A stretch of 39,457 bases of DNA from a virus (taxonomy: Duplodnaviria; Caudoviricetes), in the IMG/VR virus record IMGVR_UViG_3300014613_000049, positions 1 through 39,457 of that record; one strand, 5' to 3'. The notes under the pieces are model-generated. The model was given only the letters and a program-made list of their open reading frames with translations. It had not been told where the DNA came from and did not search any database. The position numbers were made by a program, and so were the translations under genes. This document shows, in pieces, positions 9,701-18,033 of the stretch; positions within the stretch are counted from its first letter, which is position 1; each line of letters starts with the position of its first letter.

Positions 9701-9998
9701 AAATATAATGGTGGAAGAATATTTAAATGAGGCTCCTATAGCTACTAAAGGTTGGACTCAATCATCTATAAGTAAGTTTGAAAAGACTGTTGGTAAGAAG
9801 GCCGACGCTCATGGATTTTTTGATGCTTGTGTTTCTCACCTCACCGGAAGAATGGGAGATCAAGCTAAAGGGTTCTGTGCGGCCATAAAAGATGCCAAGT
9901 ATGGTGGCAGTGGATGGCGTGGCCGTGAGAAGTCCAAGAAAGATATAAAGAAGGACGTCAAGGCCACCAAATTTGATAAACAATTGGATAAAAAATAA
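9687..9998 (+). CDS. Hypothetical basic protein, leader ending EEYLNE
   Basis: AAGGAG RBS; FFDAC...GFCA motif. Confidence 0.7.
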   Translation: MKFYENIMVEEYLNEAPIATKGWTQSSISKFEKTVGKKADAHGFFDACVSHLTGRMGDQAKGFCAAIKDAKYGGSGWRGREKSKKDIKKDVKATKFDKQLDKK

Positions 9999-10243
9999 TA
10001 TAAAATTTAAAGAATATTTGAATGGAAAGTAAAAACAGAATTGAGAAATATTTATTTTGAGGAGTTAGTAAATACTATAGATAATTATATTGGGTAATGC
10101 CATGAAATGCCAACTTTGCGGTAAAAATTGCGGTTATAGTATATATATTACAAGGGAATATAAAAAAATATGTGCCACTTGTTATGATAGAAGAAGAAAG
10201 GAAAGAGAGATAAGAGATTTTAATAGTAGAGAGGAAACATATA

Positions 10244-10690
10244 ATGAGTAGATTAAAAAAGCATATGAAAGAATCAGAAATATACACTATTCCTATGATA
10301 AAGAAAGAGAAGAATAAGAAAATGAATCCTAAAACTAATAGAATGAAAAATTTCAAAAAGACTATGTACCATGAAACTGATATTCCTCCTGGGAAAAGAA
10401 CATTTGAGAACCTTCCGAGATATACCGATAAATCAAGTAAGGTTAAATTCCAAGATTGGTTATTGATAAAACCAGAAAAGATAAGTCCTGACCATAGTGT
10501 GGCAAGTTTTGGTAAATCTGATGCGGATTCCAAATTTTATGGTTGGAGCCACCGAGCCGTGTATGGATTTGGTATTGGTGATAATATGAAATCCGATACT
10601 ATAGGCAATAGTACCGGAAAAGAATATACCATAAAAACTAATGATCAAGCAAGACAGGCAGCTATTGTGTTTGCTAAAAGCGTTTCGTAA
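10244..10690 (+). CDS. Phage hypothetical protein (YGWSHRA.YGF.IGD motif), leader RLKKHMKE
   Basis: GAGGA RBS; motif recalled from uncharacterised phage proteins. Confidence 0.7.
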   Translation: MSRLKKHMKESEIYTIPMIKKEKNKKMNPKTNRMKNFKKTMYHETDIPPGKRTFENLPRYTDKSSKVKFQDWLLIKPEKISPDHSVASFGKSDADSKFYGWSHRAVYGFGIGDNMKSDTIGNSTGKEYTIKTNDQARQAAIVFAKSVS

Positions 10691-10743
10691 GGTTTATATT
10701 TATTCGTCTAATCCTTTTGGTTTGTTTTTTCTAATTTATTTCT

Positions 10744-11079
10744 TTATGTGTCATGTTCTTCTTTACACCTCTCATCATACCCATTATCATATCCTTCATT
10801 ATACCCCTCATCATATCCTTCATTATGTCCTCTATCATATTCCTCTTTTTGTGCGTTTAAGTGACCAACATCATATCCTTCTTCATATCCATCATCATAT
10901 GATCCACAATCATCACAATCTCTGTTACTATTATCATTCATAGATTTTTTATATCCTATATCTTCGCCATCATCTATGCCTAAATAATATGCTTCATCTA
11001 ATAAATTTAATAATTCATCAAATGTAGGAGATTCTTTTAAATCATCCATGTTTTTTTTCAAATCTTCAATACTTTTCAT
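10744..11079 (-). CDS. Acidic protein with tandem G-Y-[DN]-x repeats
   Basis: EGYDEGYNEGYDNGYD; AAGGA RBS. Confidence 0.7.
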   Translation of the reverse strand: MKSIEDLKKNMDDLKESPTFDELLNLLDEAYYLGIDDGEDIGYKKSMNDNSNRDCDDCGSYDDGYEEGYDVGHLNAQKEEYDRGHNEGYDEGYNEGYDNGYDERCKEEHDT

Positions 11080-11080
11080 T

Positions 11081-11150
11081 ATTTTTTCCTTTTAATTTAT
11101 TTCCCATATTTCATCATTTTTTCCTTTTAATTTATTTCCCATATTTCATC
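11081..11150. repeat. Exact 35-bp tandem duplication
   Basis: ATTTTTTCCTTTTAATTTATTTCCCATATTTCATC at 11081-11115 and 11116-11150. Confidence 0.9.
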
Positions 11151-11510
11151 CGGTAAAAATTTTTCTATAATAGGAGGACCTATTTTTCCATTCTTAACTG
11201 CGAATACATAATCTTTCGCTTCTTTTAATCCAAAACCTGTTGTATCTCGATATAGCTTTATGGCAAATATAATTTTATTCTCTGAAATTAAGTTTTTTAC
11301 CTTATCGTATACACCATTAGAATGACCATTTCTTAAAGAATTAACATAATTTTCAGCCTTTTGGAAAGTTGTATTCATAAAGGAATAAACAAAATATATT
11401 CCTTCGATTTTATTCATACCGAATATAATTTTATTAATATGGTCCTCTATAATTTTTTTGTGTTTATTATGTAAATTTTTCATTTCTGGAGGTGTTATAC
11501 TATTAAACAT
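11127..11510 (-). CDS. Protein with ribosomal L7/L12 C-terminal-like motif
   Basis: AIKLYRDTTGFGLKEAKDYV matches KI.AIK..R..TG.GLKEAK..V. Confidence 0.65.
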   Translation of the reverse strand: MFNSITPPEMKNLHNKHKKIIEDHINKIIFGMNKIEGIYFVYSFMNTTFQKAENYVNSLRNGHSNGVYDKVKNLISENKIIFAIKLYRDTTGFGLKEAKDYVFAVKNGKIGPPIIEKFLPDEIWEIN

Positions 11511-11521
11511 TTTTTTTTCTC

Positions 11522-12868
11522 TTATATAAAAAAGCTATTTAAAACTTCTTCTCTTTTTTGGCTTGTTTCAATTAAATTAATTTTTCCTATTGGTTCTAAA
11601 AGAAATCCAATTTTTTTCAAAAAGAATTTACTGACCATGGTTTCATGGTCGACCTCCAGGATTTTATCAAACTCTTTTGGCCATCTATGAAATGTTATAG
11701 TTTCTATATCGAAAGGATTTTTTTTCACATAAACTACCTTTGCTTTTATAGACTCATATATATCTTCATATTTATCTTCTATTTTTAATTCCCGTAACAG
11801 TCTTCTATAATTTGCTACACCTTTTACATGCCACGGTGTACCCTTAATAGATTTACCATCAATTATATATTTATCTATACCATTTACACCTATATTGGCA
11901 GCAATTTCTTCAGGATAAATATCTTTTAATTCTTTTTTATTCTTATCAATTATATCCATCAACTCTTTATCCGACTTGCTTTTCATAATCATTTCTAAGA
12001 TGTTTTTTAGTTTTTCTCTAATTATTTGGGAACTATCTGATCTAACTACTTCAAGACCAGTAACAGATATTTTATCGACAGAGATTCCTTCCTCATTTAC
12101 ACACCAGACAGCATATTTTTTCTTCTTTATAAATAATGCTGTTTTGGCAATCTTTTCTTGTTCAAAAGTTATTTTTAAATCCTTGACCTGACTATTATAA
12201 TCAATAAGTTGGGTTTCATTATATGTTTTGTCATTCACATGATCTTCTATTATTTTTGAGATTTCCATAACATATTTTATTTTTTCTTCATCTGAAAGTA
12301 ATGTCCAATTATCACCGTTTTTTATGTTATCAAGAATGAAGTTATTTATATTAATATATAAGGAATTATGTACCAATACACCATTAGCAAAGAAATTATG
12401 ATTATCTTCTGTTTCTATATCATATACATATTGATCTTTAACACCCAATGGTATTATATCGAAATCTTCTATTTTTTTAATATGAAATTTATACACGGAG
12501 GGTTCCAAAATAATTATTTTATCTTTTTTTATTATATCTCCTGGTTTGACTTCCAATAAAAATCCATTCCTTTCCACCATTATTGAGTGATCTTCTGTAA
12601 CCTCAACCATTATATCTCTATAACGTATTAAAAACATTTTTTTAGATGTTTTGTGTCTCATAATATAATTTATATTTTTAAATACAGGACTTTTATTTCC
12701 AAAAGTTAATGCTTTTATACCTGGTAACAATCCATAATCTTTTTTATCATGTGATTTTTCTATCGATATATTCCATAAATCTGATATTGGTATATCACCT
12801 TGGTCCGTTACAATTATGGATTTTCCTGCCACGGAATCTGTGTCGCCATATACAACATAATCAATCAT
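11522..12868 (-). CDS. Family B DNA polymerase, C-terminal subunit (gp43B-like), containing an intein
   Basis: YGDTD|S motif C, KKKYA, GLEVVRSD, KGTPWHVKG; C-terminal LNSFF clamp-binding-like tail. Confidence 0.92.
   Translation of the reverse strand: MIDYVVYGDTDSVAGKSIIVTDQGDIPISDLWNISIEKSHDKKDYGLLPGIKALTFGNKSPVFKNINYIMRHKTSKKMFLIRYRDIMVEVTEDHSIMVERNGFLLEVKPGDIIKKDKIIILEPSVYKFHIKKIEDFDIIPLGVKDQYVYDIETEDNHNFFANGVLVHNSLYININNFILDNIKNGDNWTLLSDEEKIKYVMEISKIIEDHVNDKTYNETQLIDYNSQVKDLKITFEQEKIAKTALFIKKKKYAVWCVNEEGISVDKISVTGLEVVRSDSSQIIREKLKNILEMIMKSKSDKELMDIIDKNKKELKDIYPEEIAANIGVNGIDKYIIDGKSIKGTPWHVKGVANYRRLLRELKIEDKYEDIYESIKAKVVYVKKNPFDIETITFHRWPKEFDKILEVDHETMVSKFFLKKIGFLLEPIGKINLIETSQKREEVLNSFFI
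12365..12835 (-). mobile_element. 157-aa mini-intein in polymerase motif C
   Basis: Starts S after YGDTD; block B VTEDHS; block F VYDIE; ends VHN followed by +1 Ser; no endonuclease domain. Confidence 0.92.
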
Positions 12869-13925
12869 TGAGAAACTCCTTTATTTGTTCAATACATCTG
12901 TTCTTATTATTAATCCAATTTTTTTCATTTATTATTAACAAATTTATTCCTTTTTCTTTACATTGTTGTTTTTTAATAGCATCTCTAGTTTTTACATCTG
13001 GTTTAGAATGCCAATAATCTCCATTAAACTCTATTGCTTTTCTGAGAGATGGAATCCATGCGTCTAGTTCTAGATTTTTATCAGTTAATGGGTTAATTAT
13101 TTGAGTCCTATCATTGGATATTATTTCCGTTTCTTTTATATGTTTCTTTATGATCCTTGTTATTTCTTTTTCTGGCTTTGAAGATTTCTCTATAAATACA
13201 CAACATGGACATCTTTGATTGTTTTTAAAGGTATTCCATATCATTTTGAACTTATGATTTTTTGGACATTGTATATTTAGTTTTTCGTGATTGTTTTTAT
13301 ATTCTTTTGAAAGGAGTTTGTAACCTTCTATAGATTCTATTTGGTTTTTAACATTTTTATATTCTAACCTTATACCTCCAACACAATATGGACATCTTTG
13401 TCCTTTTAAAAAACATGAGAAACTGGCTTTATAATTGTGTCCCTCTATACATTGAAGTTTTAATTTTGTTCCATTGTTTTTATACTCCTTAGATAATAAC
13501 TTATATCCTTCTTTTTCTATTTGTTCCTTAACATGGTTATAAGAATATTTTATATTGCCTGCACAGTCAGGACATCTAAATCTTCTTTTTTTCCATAAAC
13601 CATATGATTGATGATATATATGTCCTTCGATGCATTTTATTTTTAATTTTGAATACCAAGATATATACTCCTTAGATAATAACTTATATCCTTCTTTTTC
13701 TATTTGTTCCTTAACATGGTTATAAGATAATTTACCTCCTATTTTACATATATTACATCTTTTTCTTCCCTGCCATTTATTCCAATTTAATTCAAAAATA
13801 TGTAAATAAGGACACTGTATTTTTAATTTTGCTTTTGCGTTTTTATATTCTTTTGAGAGGAGTTTATAACCTTCCATTTCCTCTATATTTTCTTTTACAT
13901 TTTTATAAGTTATAATTTTACTCAT
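12861..13925 (-). CDS. Free-standing homing endonuclease: four zinc-ribbon repeats plus Vsr/DUF559-like nuclease
   Basis: Repeated GYKLLSKEY...C...H......RC..C units; ELD..IP...AIEFNG.YWH. Confidence 0.8.
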   Translation of the reverse strand: MSKIITYKNVKENIEEMEGYKLLSKEYKNAKAKLKIQCPYLHIFELNWNKWQGRKRCNICKIGGKLSYNHVKEQIEKEGYKLLSKEYISWYSKLKIKCIEGHIYHQSYGLWKKRRFRCPDCAGNIKYSYNHVKEQIEKEGYKLLSKEYKNNGTKLKLQCIEGHNYKASFSCFLKGQRCPYCVGGIRLEYKNVKNQIESIEGYKLLSKEYKNNHEKLNIQCPKNHKFKMIWNTFKNNQRCPCCVFIEKSSKPEKEITRIIKKHIKETEIISNDRTQIINPLTDKNLELDAWIPSLRKAIEFNGDYWHSKPDVKTRDAIKKQQCKEKGINLLIINEKNWINNKNRCIEQIKEFLND

Positions 13926-15660
13926 TTTCTATTTTTTTAAAAATTTCCTTTAGTTTTTTTGTTGGATCATTCAGTAGAGAATTTACAAATTTTTCTCCTT
14001 GTTTTAGTGTGTGGCGTCCACAACTCGTTATTGCTTCGGCAATATAGGTGTTGAAGTATCGTGAATAAGGAACAGCGGTTATCCCGAACATGGCATTTAG
14101 GAGAATTTTGATGGACAATTGTAATGCGAAAAGTTGACCGACTTTTGGGTTATCAGGGTCATTCTTCTTTACTTCAAACATTTTACCTTTTACTTCTTTT
14201 CGTTTGAAGTAAATCTCTCTTTCAACTATAGCAAGAACGCCAGGTTCTGTTGTTGAAAAAACAGAGCCGCAAGGCGCTATAGTTATGAGGCCTCTGTCAA
14301 GTGCCATGTTAAATGATTTCAGTTTTTTATCATTAAATTCAACTACACCAACATCATTTTTTATCATTGTGAACTTTGGGAAACTTCTATTCTTGGTGTT
14401 ATATATAATTTCATCTTCTGTAAGGCTATTGATACAACCTATAAAGGTCTCATTACTCATATTTAATGTAATTATGTGAAAAGGATATGATGATCTTATA
14501 TCTAAAGATGAGACCCATTCATGCATTCCTTTCATAGGATTTTTTACATATGCGGCCTCAAATCCTTCTTGTGTTCCACCAGCAAAATAAGGAGCACATA
14601 AATTGTTCCTTCTGAAATATGTAAGCATTGCTCCTTCAATAAGTTGTGTCATTGAATTATAAAACTTCATAGGACATTTTGTTAAAAGAGATAATGATTG
14701 AATAAGTTTTATATAACCCATTTTCTTCTCTAAACTATCAACTCTATCACAATCCACAACATTATAATCCACAAAAAGGTTCCAGTTATTTTTATATAAA
14801 TCATGTAAATCTTTATATTCTGAATAATCTAATTTACCTTTTTCTAGTTCGTATTTGGAAACATAATCCAAGGTATATGATTCAAGTTTATTTGGAGAGT
14901 ACCATTTATATATTTGATAATAATCTAAAATACATATACCAGCAATATCTATATTTATTTCATCATATTTTTTTGATTGCCAGGTTCTTACAATTTTTAT
15001 AGGTGATAATGATCTATATATTTCATCCTTTCCGAATAAATTTTTTGTTCTGTTTATAATATATGGAAGATCGAAGTTGGATATATTCCATCCTGTTATA
15101 ACATCAGGAGGATTTTTATACATGAAGTCAAAAAATTTTATTAGGAGTATTTTTTCTTTTTCACAATGGATATATGTTATTTTTTTCTTTCCTGTATATT
15201 CCTTTTTACCAAATGTTGTTATTTTGTTTGTTTTACTATTTTTTATGGATATTAAATTTATTGGATCTATAGCCTCATTGACATTAGGAAAACCTTTTTT
15301 TCGGACCACTTCAATATCTATAGTATATATCAATAAATTAGGTACATTCAACTCATCATCAGAAATATTATAATACCTTTCAGATAAGAATTGTATTTCT
15401 GGTTTTATGGAATTCTCCAGGATATTACTGTTGTCTTTTGAGAAATTGTAATAATCCTGGTATGTTTGGAAACTTTTTTTATGAACTGATTGGCCATCAA
15501 TTGTTCTTATATGGCCTTTGGTGTTTTTTAGAAACACATATGGAGACCAATCATATGTGGCATATAAATCTTTTCCATTAATTTGTTCCCAAAGGTGCAT
15601 CCGGCTATTTTTTGTATCATAATAAGAATTTTTAAAAATTTTAGTTGCCTCTCTCATCAT
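13918..15660 (-). CDS. Family B DNA polymerase, N-terminal subunit (gp43A-like)
   Basis: Exo I DIE, Exo II GWN...FD, Exo III YN..D, motif A DIRSSYP, motif B KILLNAMFG. Confidence 0.93.
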   Translation of the reverse strand: MMREATKIFKNSYYDTKNSRMHLWEQINGKDLYATYDWSPYVFLKNTKGHIRTIDGQSVHKKSFQTYQDYYNFSKDNSNILENSIKPEIQFLSERYYNISDDELNVPNLLIYTIDIEVVRKKGFPNVNEAIDPINLISIKNSKTNKITTFGKKEYTGKKKITYIHCEKEKILLIKFFDFMYKNPPDVITGWNISNFDLPYIINRTKNLFGKDEIYRSLSPIKIVRTWQSKKYDEINIDIAGICILDYYQIYKWYSPNKLESYTLDYVSKYELEKGKLDYSEYKDLHDLYKNNWNLFVDYNVVDCDRVDSLEKKMGYIKLIQSLSLLTKCPMKFYNSMTQLIEGAMLTYFRRNNLCAPYFAGGTQEGFEAAYVKNPMKGMHEWVSSLDIRSSYPFHIITLNMSNETFIGCINSLTEDEIIYNTKNRSFPKFTMIKNDVGVVEFNDKKLKSFNMALDRGLITIAPCGSVFSTTEPGVLAIVEREIYFKRKEVKGKMFEVKKNDPDNPKVGQLFALQLSIKILLNAMFGITAVPYSRYFNTYIAEAITSCGRHTLKQGEKFVNSLLNDPTKKLKEIFKKIENE

Positions 15661-15890
15661 ATTATATCATCCATTATTAAATCAAATTGTATATTGATTT
15701 CATCAACAGGTATTGCCGACACCACATCTTTTTCAAGGTAATGCCTATTAATATGTGAAATTTTACAGCATTTATAATAATGATTATTAACATCGGTTAT
15801 GGTCAATATACCTCCATCAAAATCTTCTGTCCAATTATTACCGATTGATTTACTTTTTGCTATAATTTTATCACCTACTTTATATTTCAT
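15657..15890 (-). CDS. Small tandem paralog, copy 3
   Basis: MKYKVGDKIIAK...IMDDII; ATGA overlaps. Confidence 0.8.
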   Translation of the reverse strand: MKYKVGDKIIAKSKSIGNNWTEDFDGGILTITDVNNHYYKCCKISHINRHYLEKDVVSAIPVDEINIQFDLIMDDII

Positions 15891-16117
15891 ATTATATCAT
15901 CCATTATTAAATCAAATTGTATATTGATTTCATCAGGTATTGCTGGCACTACATCTTTTTCAAGGTAATGCCTATTAATATGTGAAATTTTACAGCATTT
16001 ATAATAATGATTATTAACATCGGTTATGGTCAATATACCTCCATCAAATTCTTCTTCCCAATTATTACCTATTGATTTACTTTTTGCTATAATTTTATCA
16101 CCTACTTTATATTTCAT
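15887..16117 (-). CDS. Small tandem paralog, copy 2
   Basis: Nearly identical to copy 3. Confidence 0.8.
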   Translation of the reverse strand: MKYKVGDKIIAKSKSIGNNWEEEFDGGILTITDVNNHYYKCCKISHINRHYLEKDVVPAIPDEINIQFDLIMDDII

Positions 16118-16350
16118 ATTATATCATCCATTATTGAATTAAAATAAACATCTATTTTATTAATTTCATCATATGCCGACACCACATCACTTTCAAGGTA
16201 ATGCCTACCAACATGTGAAATTTTATGACATTCATAATAATAATCATAAACATCGGTTATGGTCAATATACCTCCATCAAATTTTTCTTTCCAACTATTA
16301 CCGGTTGATTTTGTTTTTGCTATAATTTTATCACCCACTTTATATTTCAT
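16114..16350 (-). CDS. Small tandem paralog, copy 1
   Basis: Start placed at MKYKVG (AAGGA RBS) by comparison with the paralogs. Confidence 0.75.
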   Translation of the reverse strand: MKYKVGDKIIAKTKSTGNSWKEKFDGGILTITDVYDYYYECHKISHVGRHYLESDVVSAYDEINKIDVYFNSIMDDII

Positions 16351-16385
16351 ATTATATCCTTTAAACATCATTCAAATTTTATATA

Positions 16386-16414
16386 ATTATATCATTATAT
16401 TGTAAATAAGTAAA
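16386..16414 (-). promoter_or_regulatory. Sigma70-type early promoter
   Basis: TTTACT-17 nt-TATAAT, preceded by ATA as in the two other minus-strand copies. Confidence 0.7.
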
Positions 16415-16419
16415 TATTC

Positions 16420-17994
16420 TTATTTATAATATGTGGTTTTAGCTTCTTCCCAATCCATTGTTATAAGACCATCATAGAATATGGTATCATATGAGAATTT
16501 TTTATTATCAACTAGATTTTTAACTCTTTTTGAGGCATATTTTTCTTTCCATAAATCAACCAAAACATTAAATCTATTATCAAACCTTGGAATTAATTGT
16601 GTTTCTTTAATTTCACCTCTAAGGAAGTCATTACTATTGGTATATAAATGTGAATAGTAAATTCCTCTCTTATGATTACTTTCTATTAGGTCTTTATCTA
16701 TACCTAACTTTGAATATACGAAGGCCATAGACCTATTTTTATGGTCTCTTTTTAATGGACCTCCACCAGGTTTTGTTTTAATCCACCAATCATCATATTT
16801 TTCTGGGTATTTCTTTTTCAACCATTCTTTCATCAAATCCACGGTATCATTCAATGGTAATAATTTTACTGACCCTTGACTATGGCCACACTTTTTCCAA
16901 TATTTTAGTGAATTGTATTGGGAAAATGATCCATATAAACTTGTTGTTGAAACTGCCACTATTATATCGCCATATTTTTCGCTAAAGGAATTTATAATTC
17001 TATCTGATAAACAAAGTAATGCCAATAATTTTCCGCCAAGATAGTTATATCCAAATGGTTGTGTTGGCATTATAGTACGACCGGCAATTAGATGGTTTAT
17101 CATATGACCTTTTGTTTTTGATTCTCTGGTCCATCCAATATACTTGTCTCTGCCACCAAGGTCCAATAAATCTGATCCAACATCAAGTAGGCCTAAATAT
17201 TTTCCTGTTGGTTTATCAATAACAATATGTCTGGTTCCTCTACCAAGTTTAGAATTGGCTTGTGTGGAAGACACGAAGGTTAATGATTTTCTTATTTTCA
17301 TTAATTCTTTACCAACAACGGGAACCACTTCAGGTTCCAATTTCAAATAATCTTCTGGTTTCGTTGGTACCCATATATTATTTTTTACCACATCAAGTTC
17401 ACTATATTGATGCGGTTTATCTTCAAAGAATGGATTTATTTTTTTGATAGGATATGTCTTCTTTATCTTCAACCATTTACGAAAAAATGTATATTCTTCT
17501 ACATCCATTTCATTCATAAATTCAAGTTCTTTGTTTATTCTGTCTATTAGTTCTTTATCTTTGTTGTTTTTCATTTTTCTAAATACTTTTCCTTTGAGGG
17601 TTCCTTTGCTCCAGGTAATATCACCAACCTGTTTCATGCCCATTTTTAGGTAGAACTTAATGGCCCATTTGTTATCTGCTCTCACATTCAAAAATAAATC
17701 ACCATCAATAAAATCTAAAAATTCGTTAAAAACTTTTGTGGCGTTACCTTTACCTTGCTCTTTTGTAGCAATTTGGTGGAGTATCCAATCACCTTTATTG
17801 GTTTTACAATTTCCGACATTCTGGCCTCTTTTATATTTGTTAAAGGTAATGACTGTTCCGTGATTAAATATGCAGTTGCCGGATTCTATGGTCCTTTTGA
17901 TAAAATCATTTCTTATATGTGGGAAAACTTCTTTGTAATGCCTGAAAATGGTCATTATTTCTTTATGGTCATCTATTGTCGCTAGTTTTATCAT
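16420..17994 (-). CDS. GNAT acetyltransferase fused to DUF4338/DruA-like domain
   Basis: N-terminal QIA....GKG.A and VRADN..AI.FY...G; C-terminal D..TGKYLG, RD.YIGW, PTQPFG.NYLGGKLLALL, TTSLYG..SQYN. Confidence 0.7.
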   Translation of the reverse strand: MIKLATIDDHKEIMTIFRHYKEVFPHIRNDFIKRTIESGNCIFNHGTVITFNKYKRGQNVGNCKTNKGDWILHQIATKEQGKGNATKVFNEFLDFIDGDLFLNVRADNKWAIKFYLKMGMKQVGDITWSKGTLKGKVFRKMKNNKDKELIDRINKELEFMNEMDVEEYTFFRKWLKIKKTYPIKKINPFFEDKPHQYSELDVVKNNIWVPTKPEDYLKLEPEVVPVVGKELMKIRKSLTFVSSTQANSKLGRGTRHIVIDKPTGKYLGLLDVGSDLLDLGGRDKYIGWTRESKTKGHMINHLIAGRTIMPTQPFGYNYLGGKLLALLCLSDRIINSFSEKYGDIIVAVSTTSLYGSFSQYNSLKYWKKCGHSQGSVKLLPLNDTVDLMKEWLKKKYPEKYDDWWIKTKPGGGPLKRDHKNRSMAFVYSKLGIDKDLIESNHKRGIYYSHLYTNSNDFLRGEIKETQLIPRFDNRFNVLVDLWKEKYASKRVKNLVDNKKFSYDTIFYDGLITMDWEEAKTTYYK

Positions 17995-18033
17995 TATGTT
18001 TGCTCCGTGGTTATCGGCAAGTTTCTTTTTATT

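Noticed and set aside
12861-13925. Group I intron in the polymerase
   Set aside because: The endonuclease ORF overlaps both polymerase halves, so there is no non-coding space for a ribozyme core.
15657-16350. CRISPR array or DGR template/variable repeats
   Set aside because: Units are whole coding paralogs with no spacers, and there is no reverse transcriptase in the window.
16420-17994. Druantia defence system
   Set aside because: No DruE-type large helicase or other Dru genes; the context is a phage replication operon.
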